Assembly (NCBI GenBank): GCA_973895155.1
Contig: OZ316897.1
Location: forward strand, 2,297,312-2,361,311
Length of the DNA: 64,000 nt
Direction: 5' to 3'
From: Marsupella aquatica
Lineage: Eukaryota; Plantae; Marchantiophyta
The notes under the pieces are model-generated. The model was not told the DNA's origin, did not search any database, and saw only the letters and a list, made by a program, of their open reading frames with translations. Shown here piece after piece: positions 37,501-51,022 of this stretch (positions are counted from its first letter, which is position 1; every line of letters starts with the position of its first letter). A program made the position numbers and the translations under genes.

Positions 37501-39630
37501 TCCGATGCTACATTCTGCTCATTTCTTCCCACACGACGTTGCAATCGAAAATCCTTGTCCGATGGAACAACTCAAGCTTAGTGCTATTAACCTACTACGA
37601 ATCTGATAGATGATGTGTTCGTCGCAGATTTTTTCGTGGTCATGTTGTTGGTCACGTTTCATCTTACATTTATGGAAACATGACTTTGCTCATAGATTAC
37701 CTGCAAAACGCGATTGTGCAAGAGTTGAGCGGTTTGAAAATCTTCCCATTCATCTCATACTGTGTTGTGTAACTGCAAAAACTGAGTGAAGGGAGAAGAT
37801 TACAAATTGCTGTGGAAGGAGACAGCCGACTTCGTGCGCATGGCTACTCGACACAAGGCAATCATAGTTCCCTTCGGTGCTCTTGGTGGTGACGATGCGT
37901 ACGCAACCCTCTTTACTATACTACCCTGTTCTGCAGCATCTGCACCGATCTGAACCTTACATTTTAGTGTGATCGTGTTTACTTATCTTAAGACAATTCT
38001 TGGTGTCCTCCTTGTTACCTTGACGTTTCGCCTCTTTTTCTCTCGTTCGTGTGGGAGTTGACAGTGCTTTGAGTTTTGTAGTTCATGATGGGACGCATTC
38101 TAAAGGCTAAGATTTTGATATACACATGCAGATTTGATATTCTTTACGATACAACTGAAGTAAGGGCTTCTCCAGTAGGGCCGCTTATTGAGGAAGCTTA
38201 CAAGAGAGTGGGTATTGATCCAGACAACGTTTATCCGATCACCTCACTTCCTGGAACTAAAATTCCAAGGTATCGAATCCTTCACTGAGTCTTCGTTTTG
38301 TTTCCGTCCGAGGTGGCTCGTATGTTAACATGAAGTTACACACGAGGAGAGAAAGGTGAGGATTTCTTCGTGGGCTCTGTTTGCTAGCACAGGTTGCAAC
38401 GTGAGATGGGTCACGTGAGAGTAATGTATGACAAGTCAGACAATCTAGACAAAAGGGTGCAGTCACACATCCCAATTTCAGCCTCAACTGTTTGCAAGTT
38501 GAAGAAGATAGGTAAATGATAACTGCCCTTGGATTTTTTACATTCTGAAATTAGTATTTATCAGTTTCTTTCGTTGTCTCTGCAGCCCATTCCCCATACC
38601 GTCAATTGAGCGGATTTATTTTCATTTTGCGGAACCTATCGATACCGTTGATTATGCCAAATATATCAATGATCGTGCTAAGGTACATCTTCGTTTGATC
38701 ATCCTGACATTGAACTCAGCGTTTCTATTCTTGCTGGATTAAACTCCCGTGACGGAAAGGATGAGTGTTATGCGATAGACTGGAGAGATAGGTGGGAGAA
38801 GACGTATGTGTAGGCGATTGTTTGTATTTTAGTATATCGTGTTGCGAGTTCAAGAACAATTTAAACGCTTGTGATTCTATGCTTACTCTGTAAATTGCTG
38901 ACTTCGCTTTGCTGCTTTGACAAGCGTGGTTTCTTACATCTTGACTCTCGTTGCTACCTATGTCTATTTATGCAGGTGCAATCTATGTACGGTAAGATGT
39001 ACAGCCACATCATTTCTCCTTAAGTGGACATCGTTTTGTATGAGGATGCTATGCCAGCACACGGGGCCTTGTCAGAAATTAATGTCTTTATGTGTTGACT
39101 GAGCACAATTAGCTAGCAATTATTAAAGCTATGGCTCAGGATTGGACATAGGAGCAACTTCTGCAAGCGATTGTGTTTCTCGCTCTTGACTATCTAAGCA
39201 TTTCATTTGAAGCGCGTTGAACTCAACCCTTGAATGCATGTGCTGGAGGTGTTGTGATGCAGAGACCGTGAAGCAAAGGGTAGAGGACAGTATTGAGCTG
39301 CTGAAAGTTATTCGTTCTGAGGATCCTGTTAGTGTCTTTGGCCTACCCTCTTACCTTCCTCCAAACCTCATTGGATTAAATTGTGCCTTGATTTTGAAGA
39401 GTACCTGACATCAATCAACATTCTGCGAATGCAGTCAGTGATGTCCTGAATTTGCTGACTAGCGCCCCTTGTAAGAATGTTGCTGTCACTCATCGGATGT
39501 AAATTCTTTGTAATAACAGGAGAGGGAGCTGCCTGTAAGATTGTTGGCTAAATTGGGAAGACTGCTACCAGAGTTTCTTCCTCGGATGCCAACTAAACAA
39601 GTCAAATTTCCCAGCAAGGCTGAGCAATGA
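31576..39630 (+). CDS. Plastid esterase/lipase/thioesterase-acyltransferase (phytyl ester synthase, PES family), multi-exon
   Basis: Ser-rich transit peptide. Hydrolase motifs PLLLYAPGMDGTG, GESFSG, LNPAT, KDRILPS, SGH. Acyltransferase motifs RPLLFVGNH, RGLAHP, LLFPGGAREV, IVPFGALG, RIYFHF. Exons include 31576-32639, 34094-34301, 34678-34782, 34876-35055, 35300-35397, 35748-35949, 36140-36196, 36562-36636, 36808-36887, 37173-37221, 37378-37434, 37791-37898, 38976-38991 and last exon 39520-39630. Confidence 0.88.
31808..32371 (+). repeat. Exact in-frame 282-bp (94-codon) tandem duplication in PES exon 1
   Basis: 31808-32089 equals 32090-32371. CTCA microhomology at all three junctions (31808, 32090, 32372). 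Confidence 0.95.
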
Positions 39631-40352
39631 CTTAAGTTTCTGAACAAGCAGCATTGTTCTCCAACTCCTGTCAACAAGCACTTCCGTTCTTCTCCTTACT
39701 CGACTGAGCAATTGCAATAATGTGTGAGGAATGAGGAAAAAAGTGAAGAAATCCTGCTCGGGGAGTGAAACAGGTATCCTACGAAGCACATGTGAATAGC
39801 GAAAGAAAAATGGAGGTTACCAAGCAGTTTGCGTACGTTCCCCAGAAGAGTGTCACCCATTTGACTGCAGCTGGCTCAAAGTTGTGTTGACAGGGAATCA
39901 CAAAGAGAAACGAGACTTCGTTGCAAGCATTGTTCCCTGCAAGGATTACAGGGCTACTTTATTTACCCCTAACCAAAGGGTTATGGAACCACCGCGGAGG
40001 GATAGACCTTCGGCTGGAGGGCAGAATGCTCAATATCATATTTCCTTCCTTGTGTTATAATAACTCTGCAAAGAGAAAGTTAGAAGCAATTGCATTCTGA
40101 AACAAATGCTCTTACGGCATCAATTTGGAGCGGGATTTGGAGAAATTATAAGTTCCAACTGCGGAGAGTTTGGAGATCATGTGTGAGCTTTCCATATTGG
40201 CTGTTGTGTTTTCAAATAACTAGATTGATTGTGAGAGAGACTACATCAATTACTCCAAGAGGCATGTAAGACACCACTGATCTGAATTGGCATCTAACGT
40301 GACCTAGATCCCACGTGCCCATGCTCAAATTGCTATCACATGACGCTAGACA

Positions 40353-41849
40353 CTAAGCTGCACCGCAATCGGTCTTCGCAAATCCAATCCTGTTATCAAC
40401 TCGATCGTATAACACGTGGAAGTTCCGTTGCTGAACGTTCCCGAGGGTGGAGCGTGTCCCCGTGGCATTCAGGACGGTTAAGCAAATAGTTTGATTATCA
40501 AAAGTAGATTGAACCCAAACGTTCTCCACGGCCAGGTCCCAACTAGTGCTATTGGCCAGCTTCAGGCTAATCTTCGGCATAGTGTTTTGATAATCTGGTG
40601 CCGAGCTGACATTGTAGCATGATTCCAAACCAAAGAAATCGGAGGCCTGAGGTGGACTGACTCTCACCAACGTCGTGGGTAATGAGGCATTTATCGCCGT
40701 ATACAAGGGGTCGAAGGCTACGGGATTCAGACGTGTGTAAGTTGCACCCGAGTCGATGATCATCCCCCCGCTTCCCGATGTAGGATCAATCGCGATATCT
40801 GTCGCATTGAATTTGACAGGGACTCCATTTACAGAAATTCCTTCTAAGCCAATGTAGTAGTACTCTTGGTAGACCAATCCTTTGTTGTTCAGGATAGGCG
40901 TGTACTGCAGTGTCAAGTCCGGCCGCATTGCATCTTTGCCAAACACGAGAGGGCTCGATTGGACGCTGGCCAGAGATCTGTCCACTAGGCAGTACGAGAA
41001 TTTGTTTTCGAACACTCGGCCGAGCTGGGATGAGAGGGAGACAGGTCCTTGGGCCAGCCCTACGAGCCCATCACTCATATCATAGGCACCGGAGTTCTTA
41101 GCAGCGGCATGCGAGCAACCGAACCAAAAGTCCGGCACTGTAATATTTTGGCCGCTCGTGCTCTCAAGGGTGATGGTCTCTGATGCGAAACTCCCAGTAG
41201 TGGTAGATGTATCAGCGTAGTAGTAAGAATATTCGCAGCTTGGTGTGCATGTTGTGGCTGGTGATCCATCTCCAGGAAAGTTGAAAGATGTACACCCTGA
41301 GGACGAGCAGGAGAGATTTTGGTAAGTGGATGAAAGATTTGGATCGAAGAAGGAATCTGCCTGGCTGAAGCAATTGTCGCACGGTTGGCATTGCACCCAA
41401 GTGAGGTCACTACCAGTGTCTGCTACGGCAACAAAATTCTGGGGCGGTGTTCCGAGGGAGATGCTAATGAGGTACTCATAAGGGGCTCCGTCAGTTACGT
41501 TCACTTCCCAGCTGACGGGTCCGGCGGAGTTAGGCGCAGAATTAGATCCAGCAGATAGTCTGCCCGATAGTCTGGCCTTGCTTAAACCCCCATAGCGCTC
41601 ACTAGATCTTCCACCATAAGCTTGCGAGTTCTCTGCGTGGGCGGAAGGTTTCCCGTGATATTGGCGAGAGAACGGATGCTCCCGGTGGTACAGCTCCGCT
41701 CTTACGCTTCCAGAACCAACAGAGGTCCCTTTTGAAAATGGCGACTGCATTAACAACAAGATACTGGCGATGAATATCAGCTGAAAAATGCGACCGGGTC
41801 TAAAAACTCGAAGTTGAAACTGATGTGACCCGCTTTCCATCGTCACCAT
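40353..41849 (-). CDS. Secreted A1 aspartic protease, nepenthesin/CDR1-like, intronless
   Basis: 498-aa ORF with a hydrophobic signal, EYLISISLGTPPQ, catalytic DTGSDL and DSGAT, Cys-rich NAP insert, KFSYCL, LGNVQQRNFHVLYD. Confidence 0.95.
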   Translation of the reverse strand: MVTMESGSHQFQLRVFRPGRIFQLIFIASILLLMQSPFSKGTSVGSGSVRAELYHREHPFSRQYHGKPSAHAENSQAYGGRSSERYGGLSKARLSGRLSAGSNSAPNSAGPVSWEVNVTDGAPYEYLISISLGTPPQNFVAVADTGSDLTWVQCQPCDNCFSQADSFFDPNLSSTYQNLSCSSSGCTSFNFPGDGSPATTCTPSCEYSYYYADTSTTTGSFASETITLESTSGQNITVPDFWFGCSHAAAKNSGAYDMSDGLVGLAQGPVSLSSQLGRVFENKFSYCLVDRSLASVQSSPLVFGKDAMRPDLTLQYTPILNNKGLVYQEYYYIGLEGISVNGVPVKFNATDIAIDPTSGSGGMIIDSGATYTRLNPVAFDPLYTAINASLPTTLVRVSPPQASDFFGLESCYNVSSAPDYQNTMPKISLKLANSTSWDLAVENVWVQSTFDNQTICLTVLNATGTRSTLGNVQQRNFHVLYDRVDNRIGFAKTDCGAA

Positions 41850-42392
41850 GTTCCTCTCAATCTCACAAATAAAGCGTTTTGATTTGTCGAGGTGATCACC
41901 GAGTTTGACCGTTTACCTGTACACATAGAAACAATCTGGCTTCAGTTTCAACGAAGGAAATCCAAAACCATACATTCCGCAGACCTGATTTTAGCTAGAT
42001 TCGATCTCCCGATCATGCCGACAAGCAGAAATGATGGGAGCTGAGCAGAGCGTGCGACCAGTCCGCGCAGAACGCTTTGGAGAAGCGGACAGAAGACTGA
42101 ATTGCTGCTCACTTCAAAAGCTCACTCCAGAGTTGAACATTCTTCCAACATTGGTGTACTCTACTTCCCACTGGCCACGATAAGTTGGAATTGGATGAGT
42201 TCGTCAGTGCTGTAATTTTCGTCTAGTTCCGATCTAGAATTTGTGTCACGAAGCAGATAAGCAGCTTCTTCAACCGGTCCACTTATAGGATCTATTGTTT
42301 CATCAAGAATCCCCATCAAAGGACCCCTCGTTATACGCGAATTTCGTTTAGTGTAAGTATGCTGTGATCCTCAAACGCAAAATTTCGAGTAT

Positions 42393-42431
42393 ACTCCCCG
42401 TTCAGAACTCGAGTAGTTCTGAACGGGGAGT
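42393..42431. repeat. Perfect 17-bp hairpin, Stowaway-like relic
   Basis: actccccgttcagaact-cgagt-agttctgaacggggagt. It resembles the Stowaway terminus TA-CTCCCTCCGTTC. Confidence 0.7.
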
Positions 42432-44547
42432 TTCAGGGATGAGCAACGCATTACATACCTAGTGTACTTAATGTCCTCAGTCCTCCCCTTCGCCTTGCAT
42501 TGTGCTAGTCTGACCAACGAAGATTGAAAATGGTCCTCGTGCTCATTCCACGCCCGGCCCCAGACTCCCGCATTTACTTCGGCGATTCAGACAATGCACA
42601 CTTCAGTTAGCGACAGATCTCCGGGTTTATTGTCTTTGGGATCCACGTTAGCCAGCGCTCAAGAAAAGACTTTAACGTCTCAGTCCACCAAGACTTAACA
42701 CGACCCTGTGACTGCCCATCTTGCCCAGGTCTTGATGACATCTTGCTCATAAGGGTCTGGTTAAGTCCAGGAGATGCCAGAGGGTCCTGTTAATAAGTTT
42801 TTTCTTGGCCAGCGCGTTATAGCTTGCTCGAGATCGCTTTCAGCTGGCTGTATAGTGCTCGATAGTCAAGAGGGTCTGAAGCTGCAATTCCTGGATGCTT
42901 CCCACTTCTCCACGGGAGTGAAAAGAATGCCCTCGATCTACCTTTCTCAACAATTAATGGACCAGTTGCAAGACGGCTGTTGAGATATGAAACAAACAGA
43001 CACACAATAAAATAGAGAAAACAGAAGCGGTAAACTAAAAAACGCGCCTTCCTGAGATGCATTCAGCTCTTCGAATCAAGGACATCCCCCAGTTTGACCG
43101 CAAACAACGAATCCCCGGTCATTCGTCATTTGTTCGGTTGTAGGTCGGCTGAATTCGTCGTGTCTTGTGAGGTGTCTGAGAGAATCGAGGTGTCGAACAA
43201 AATTAACACTTATCATAAACTGAACATAAGTTTCTGTGACGGCAGCTAGGACAGTGAGGCACCGCACCGCAAGCTCCAACAACATGTGGTGAATGAGGGT
43301 CTGAGAGCCGTCTTTGCATGTGGATCGAGCATGGACACCCGGCCTCGGAAACTCTCGGTCTGTATGCACTATATATGCACACAACACACTCCACAGGCGG
43401 ACATAGGCACATAGCTGTGAAACTCGATCACGGAGCTTTTACAGACGCCTGGACCGTACCCCACTTGTTGCAATTAGTTCGTGGACCCCTGGATACATTT
43501 TTCAGGCCTTGTTTGAGTACAAATAATGTATGTAATTATTGGCTTTAACTCAAATTGTGAGAGGCTATTATGGTCCAAAATGTTATGATATCACAATTGA
43601 TTATGATGAGATAATTTTACAAATTTTAATGAAAGTATAGGAGAAATTATCTAGTACAAATGAAATTTTGCAATCTTCTTCATAATGACCACCAGGAAAA
43701 TAAGGGCCTTTAGCTTGAGTTTTGAGAGCCTAATTAATATGGTCCATATTGCTATGTTAGCAGACATGAAAACACTTAAGATTTATGAAGTATTTAAGCT
43801 GGTAGTAATGTTGTGTTGGACAAATAGTATAGATTTTATAGCTTGCATTGTTTAGATTAGATTTTATCACTAATCCATTGTGGACCCATTGAGCCATGGA
43901 CTTAGCAGTTTGACATTTTCTTAATTGCCACCGGAATACTTTGCTTTGCAGGCCTAAGTCAACAGCATAGTTATCACAAGCAGTTGTCAAAATCAAGTCA
44001 ACCAAATTTTTGTTACATGCAATCAAATTCTCAAGCTAAGAGAGTGACCAATAGTCAATCCGTGGCAAGTCTATTTGAAACCAGATCAATGTCTAATCAA
44101 ATGAATTGTATCAATTCATTAAATTCAAGTTCCTACCATAGCTAGCAGTTTGCCTGAATTACAACAGGCTGGAACTGTTCCTCCATGTGCCAATTACCCT
44201 TTAAGAAGGAAGTATCAAGTTAGTTATAATTAGTCATTGTTTATTATATGAAAAATATTTTCAAAATTGGATACGTAACTAAAATGGTTACATGGTGACA
44301 GTTTTACCTGTCTTGTTCTTTGCATTTCTAAATTTTTATATTTCCTTGTATGGCATGGCGTCCAAAATTTACACCCAAATTGATGCAAACACAAATGAAA
44401 ACTGTAAGTTTGATTCACAAAATTGACTAGTCTTGTTTGTTGCGGTTATTGTTGACATGGCATGCTCTGGTGCTAGGAATTTTGGAAAGGACCTCTCATG
44501 GGGTCCGTAATGATTTATCCCCACCGGGATGGATTTCAATAGATTAC

Positions 44548-45655
44548 ATACGTATATGCAGGAGGCCGATGGGCCCTACATATGGTGTAACTTTCTCAAT
44601 CATGGGCTAGTAACAAACTTTTCTTACCTCATGGGCCACAAAGAAACTTTTCTTAACTAGTAGGCCCTTAGGAAACTTTTCTTACCTCATAGGCCTCCTC
44701 TTAATGAGCCGCACTCACTCTTCTTGTAAGGTGCCAAACTGTGTAGTTGACCATAACAAGACAGTACTATGTTATGCACAGCGTGTTGACGTCCACTCCA
44801 CTATGGTCTGCGCCATAGTGAACTTGGGAGTGAACTGTGCTCCCAATCGAGTGGCCAACAACACAGTCCACACCGGGGTTCTAAATAGGGCAGGGGCGGG
44901 TTTAGCCATGAAGACATATTGCATTATGGATTTGTGTGTTGTACGTGATGGGTTTAGGGTTGTCGCCAAGTCTACTTGACAATCGTTGGTCTTTGATTCT
45001 TTGTGTTGTGGGAGGGAAGTGCTTGGGTTTTGTCGATGCTCGGGCTTCTGTCAATGCTCAATGCTCGAGTTTGTCAATAGTTACCTTCAGGTTGTTGATT
45101 GAAGCCTAGTGCTGCATAGATAGTGCCAAGTGATAGAAAACAAGTGCCCAATGGCCAGTGACAGAATAAGTGCTAGTGGAAGTACCAGGATCATAATGAT
45201 CGCACATGTCCTCCAAACTGATAGTTCCCAATCAAAATGTCGAGAAAACCCTGTGTGGAACACGTTAAATTCAAATTCAAAGACATAATCCATATTGTCA
45301 TTGCTTTGCAGTTCATGTAGCATCCGCGATTCAAATTTGAAGACATAATCCATGTATTGTTTTCACTTTGCAGTTTGGGTAGTGGCGGTCGCAATTCCAC
45401 GATTCCCCTAACCGCGTTGTTTGACCATGCAAGGTTGGGTGCAGGTTTGACGGTGCAGTTTGCCTTATAGTCATGGTTGACCATAGAGTTTTTTGAAAAC
45501 ATAGTTGGTCACTGCATCAAGCAAAAATTGGTTAGAGTGCCTGCTAGAAGAACAATTGATGCAAAAGTGTAGCAAGGGCCTATTAGGTAAAAACGTTTTA
45601 TAGGGGCCCATCAGGTAAGAAAGTTACACAAGAGGGCCCATCAAGCATATACCTC
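44548..45655. mobile_element. Non-autonomous Mutator-like element (MULE), about 1.1 kb
   Basis: 9-bp TSD ATAGATTAC at 44539-44547 and 45656-45664. Long imperfect TIRs (gtatatgc..gatgggccct..gtgtaactttct) with subterminal repeats aaacttttcttacctcat.ggcc. Confidence 0.85.
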
Positions 45656-45772
45656 ATAGATTACCTTTGAGTGGCTAGAATGTTCCTTGGAAACTAATAG
45701 TAAGGGCATGTCAAACCATGGCTACAAGCAATCTACTATCCATGGGCCAATTTAACTTTTCAGCCTTAAAAT

Positions 45773-46065
45773 ATATATACACATACTTTTTACAGAAAAA
45801 GGCCAAATAGAGTACAAAAGAATAAACAAGAGAGGTCCCAAGTGGACAAAACCAAACGCAAAAGAAGTGAGCAAAAGGAAACCCTAAAAACCAAGAAAGA
45901 GGAACTAAAAGAAGTGAGCAAAAGGAAACCCCTAAAAACCAAGAAAGAGGAACTAAAATTACCGCAAATGGACCGAGGTCCTCATCATACCTAGCAAATG
46001 TGGCAACAAGCTAGTGGTCTACATCAAGTGTCGAAACTAGATCGGCAAGTGGGACAGGAATGTCT
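45773..46065 (-). mobile_element. Severely 5'-truncated CRE retrotransposon, copy 3
   Basis: Reverse complement of about 25303-25590, including the duplicated 48-bp 3' UTR unit. Flanked by TTAAAAT at 45766-45772 and 46066-46072 (likely TSD). Confidence 0.92.
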
Positions 46066-48145
46066 TTAAAATTCTTATGGGGCCGTACTTAGATAGCCTG
46101 TAAGAACTTAGTCCTGGCCATTAAAAATGTTGTATGGCCTTGGTTGTATCTAAGCTATGCCCCGCTTTTGACACTCCTTAATAGGACCTCTCAAATCTGG
46201 GCCATTGCCAAAAGTTATGGACTATGGTCCGTCATGTAGCTCTAGGGATGTGTGACCCAGTTAAACCACACATCGGGGTATTTAAAGCAGCAAGGGACTG
46301 TACGGCCATAAATGCTGGGCAGGGCGCAGGGAAATCCAGGATCGGGCATGAGAGATGGCTCACAACTCCAAACTTCATTAAAATTTATTGCAAAAACTAT
46401 TTACTCATTTTTGAAACTAGAAACACCCAACTGTAGATCTTGTCGAGATCTCTCTTTTGCACCCTAGATCGCCTTCTAACGTGGACGGACAAGATTTTAA
46501 GATGCAATAAACAATGAACGGCAGAGATTGCAAAATCAATGAATCGACGGCCAGGAGCGCTTAGATTTGTTTTATTTTTAATTTGAGAAATATAAACCCA
46601 TTTACAAAACGGAAAAAACCCATCCATAGATCTCCTCGAGGTCTTTCTTTTGAGCCATAGATTGACCAATATGATAGACGGATGAGATTTGTGGAGGCAA
46701 AACAATCAGACGGCTTAGATCAATATTCCCCCCGAAATTCAAATTTTGAATCCAGCCAATCAGAGCACACCATTCGTTTTTCTATCATTTCTCCTGAAAT
46801 AATAAACCATTTTTTGTGAGATTTTTTGGAGACGTAGATCTCAACAAGACCTACAATTTGAGCCATAGATCACATCCTATGGCTGAGGGTAGGCGCAGCT
46901 ATGAGCGTCGATCGGACGGTGGAGGGCAGGCGTTGCTGCGTAGCCCGTCTTTTTGCTGTATGGGATACACTTCGTATGGGGACTCCGCGTTACGCGGAGC
47001 CCCTTATACTTGGATGCGTGGTTTAAAGAATGTAAACTATGAGAGGAGGTAGCATATATTGACCCACCCCATAAGGCGGTCTCAGTCCAGTCTCATAGCA
47101 TAATATGATTGTCCTTTTTTCTTCATTCTTGGTCAACTGTCATCTCAAATTCAACCGTCATCTCATGTTAGACAGAAAGTTCACATGCCTTCAATGATAG
47201 CTTTTTGGATTTTCTAGATTTCTGGCAAAGTTTTTGATATAACTATTGGTTAAATATTGAGCCCGCGGGCTTCCATAATGGTAGCCAAAGATAGGCTCCT
47301 ATATAGGAGCCCTATACGTCCCACAATGTCCTGTAAGTAGGACTGACATTAGTATTAATTAATATCTCTTAGGCTAATAAGTGTATTCACATCCTGTTTC
47401 CAAAGCATTATAGGCATCATGGCGCCAAATTAAAGGGTCATTATGTGAAAAACACTGTGAAGTAAAAAGATGTTGTCAAGTAAAAGTGTGCCCCTTGCCC
47501 GACACCTTGTCACCAACGCCCATGCCATGATCTTTACTATGCCTTTGGGCCTTCTGTTGTTGTTTTTTTGGCAGTGAAAATTACACCAAAAATGAATATA
47601 AAAAATCACCCCAAATATTAGAATAATAAGTTTTTATTTGATTAGTGTATGTAGTCCTCTTATTGACTAAGGTAGTATGTGCAATCTCGTGTGCAATTTA
47701 ACTCCTCCAAGTATTACACTAAACTATGCATTATTATTCTACTGTGTATGTACACCATATTGAATATGTAGACTACTTCCTTGCGTTGATCATGGAGGGA
47801 AGATACTCATTAAGATTTCCTGGTGCATTGTGTTACTATAGTACATTTTTAAAAAGAACATTATCTCATTTGATTCCCTCTGTAACAATGGTATGACTCG
47901 TTTTCATTCACACTAAACTGAATTCACTTTTTGGCTTTAATTGTTCTTTCTCTCTGACAGGTTTTCTCATTTTTTGTGCCCTGAATTTGAATGATAACCA
48001 CCTCAAAAAATGACGCAACCCTTTATTACAGTAGTTAGTAATAGCCGCTCAAAACTTGAGGAGAAGCTCTCGTTTGGGGGGCACTGTATATATCCCACAA
48101 CAAGCTGTAAGCAGGGCTAACATTAGTATTAATTAATCAAGCACT

Positions 48146-49535
48146 ATAATACACAATGCGGCCCAAAAATATTAGTCATGGTCCAGGGTTTATGAAAAGG
48201 CAATGGGCATGAATGATTCCCTGCCAATGGATCAGTTTACACTATTTGCATACCCTTAGATGACAAAAAGACAGTGTCCTGGTGGGTAGAGTAATGTGGG
48301 GATGACTCACATATGACGGGGATCTGCTTTGAGTGCAATTTCAAAATAGTGGTTCAGGGCAAGTACAAGGATGTGGGGATGGGGTCTAATGGGATGGGGT
48401 ATGGATGGGGATGGTTCTCACTGGCATGTGCAGAGGGAAGAGTAGGGAACACAAGTGCATAAGAACTGGCAAAGGGGAAGAGGTGAGGTAAGCATGTGTG
48501 CTCGGAGTGGGGTACCACACAGGAAAGAAGAAAAAAGGTTTGGGGTACATAATGGAGTACAAAGACATGTATGGTACAAAAACAAAGGTAGACTAAAAAA
48601 ATATTTACATCCCGTACCAAAGGTACGGACATTACAAAGCCAAGCCATGGGGAGAGAAAAGACAAATTTTAAGATACCAATTAGGACAGTGAGGTAAGAA
48701 AAATAAAATTGTTTGTGATTTCTAACTTTTGTCTTTAGAGGGAAAATGTAGTGTCAATAAACGTTAGTCCAAAATAGGAGGAGGAGACTATATATAATAT
48801 ATTCAAATATCTCCCATTCAAGGCCACACACAAACTTTCTAGATATATTTTTTTGGCGGGGAAATGAGTTTTCTCTTTTTTAAGATCTATCTTAAGAGGG
48901 GGGCTATTCCTTGTTTGCTTTTTTTTTGTGAAGATAGTTTATGGGGCCTCTCTGATCCATTTTTTTCCAACATCTTTTCTGCACGATGACTTTGTTGCTT
49001 GACACGTTTTTCACATGTTTCTTTGTGGACATCTTACACACTTGATAACATTTTCAGTCTGTATTCTTTCCACGTCGTAGGGGATATTTTCTACTTGGCA
49101 TCAGGTACTATAATATGTGATCCCGGTAATTCTGGGGGATCGTCTGTTAATTTACAAGGTAAATAAGAAAGAATGGAACACAATCCTGATCATGCAAAAA
49201 CATATTTTATTTCCACCGTTAGATAAACCTACACAGACCTCCCTGCATCCCTTCATGTCCTGCCTTGACAGGACATGAAACATTTCCCAGCCTTTTTTTT
49301 GTTTTGCCCATTAAAAATTCTGATCCAATAATATTGCCAAAGTTTTTGCCCAATATCTGCCAGATATCTTGCCACAAGTGTTGAATTCTCCTTCACTTAC
49401 TACCTGTTTGCACCATGCGCCCTCTACCTTAATTTGAATTGACTTCAAATCTACAACATTCAATAACACATATTTCACAGAATGATAACATTATTGGACT
49501 ATCATGTTTTTTGACATGACAGCTGTCATGTACTT
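48146..49535. repeat. Dispersed repeat paralogous to 16950-19320
   Basis: Colinear shared blocks in the same orientation (see the 16950-20160 feature). Confidence 0.75.
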
Positions 49536-51022
49536 GTTATTATAACTCTAGTCCTGGGTTAACATGGGGCTTAATTTCTAGTTGTTTAGGCTAAATCACC
49601 ATTAGGGTGTTAATGGTCCGTGATTAGCCATACTCTAGTATTTAGCATATAGAGGGGCCAGGGAGAGCTCATCTTGGAAAGTCCTGCTCATGGTACTCAT
49701 GCTCATTGTTGAGAACTAATTAGGTGCTAAGATGAGAGCTTGTACAAAGAGTCTTTGTGTGGCCATGGTGGCCAAAGTTTAGTTTAATTCCATATTTTTG
49801 GCTTCATGTGAGAATTTTTCAATTTAGTTTAATTCCATATTTTTGGCTTCATGTGGAGAATTTTTCAAAAATAGCAAGGAAGTAAGTAGGATAACCATTC
49901 AAGAGGGCCACATGCCATCACATGTTTCCGCATGGGTCAGTAAATATTTTGGTGTTTGATTTAGCTTCCTATTCCTTTGAAAGAGTGTGCCTTCATAGGG
50001 GAGTTTCCACATGGTATACAAAAATTTCATAACGTGAGCCCCCCACGAGTGAGATGCCCAGGTATTGCAGATGAATTTCAAGATATAAACTAGCAGCTCA
50101 ATTCACGCTACTCTAGCTAGAGGAGGGCCGAAGCACAAAGCACTCATCAAGAAGGGATCAGTCCAGCACAATAATCACCAGGATGTATGATCAATCAAGC
50201 TAATTTCTCTAGACGACTCATCCTTGGAGATTGCGTTTCAGAGTCCAGACTGACATTGTCTGAGTGATTACTTGTAGAAATTGCTATCACTCTCACTGTG
50301 TCTATTAGAGATGACAGTTGGCTTCCTCCTTCGAATGAAAAGCCTCCTCATTGCAGACCGGACATTACCAGGCGGCATCCCTGCATGTGCCTAAAGTCAC
50401 AGCTACAAATGCGGCAATTCAATTTAGAACGACGAGCAAAATCTCCATCGCAATTTCAATCGAACCCTCATGGGAGTCGACTACAATCTTCAAGAATCAC
50501 GGTATCAACACTGATTCGGATCAAATGTCAACAGACATTATGTTCGGCATCAACTCTCCAACTTCAATATCGAAAGCAATATCCAGACTAGAATTGAAGA
50601 TCGAACATCATAAATAAGCATCTCAATTGTGACGATATCCAATCATGTAAGTGAACAAATGACTTGAAAAACCAGTTCCCGTAACATGGACGAGATTTGA
50701 TGGTGTTGAATCGACGCCAAACATGTTAACTGTCACTAAGTAAAAGGGATACAAACTTGTTCTCTACTGTCTAGCTTGTGAATCAAAGTAACTTGAGCTT
50801 CAATCGGAGATCACCCATCAATGCTAAAGGGATAAAAGTTATCATGATAAATTGAAACCAAATATGTGAATTTCTTGGGATGATGTCCAAAAACACTCCT
50901 GTTCTAAGGTTGGATCGAGTCAAAGTACACAGATCGACATTCTTCAAAGAAGAATTCAGTGCAAGAATCGAAGTCTCGGATGGTACGTGGCCTGGTAGTA
51001 CTGATCGAGCATGAGAACTTTT

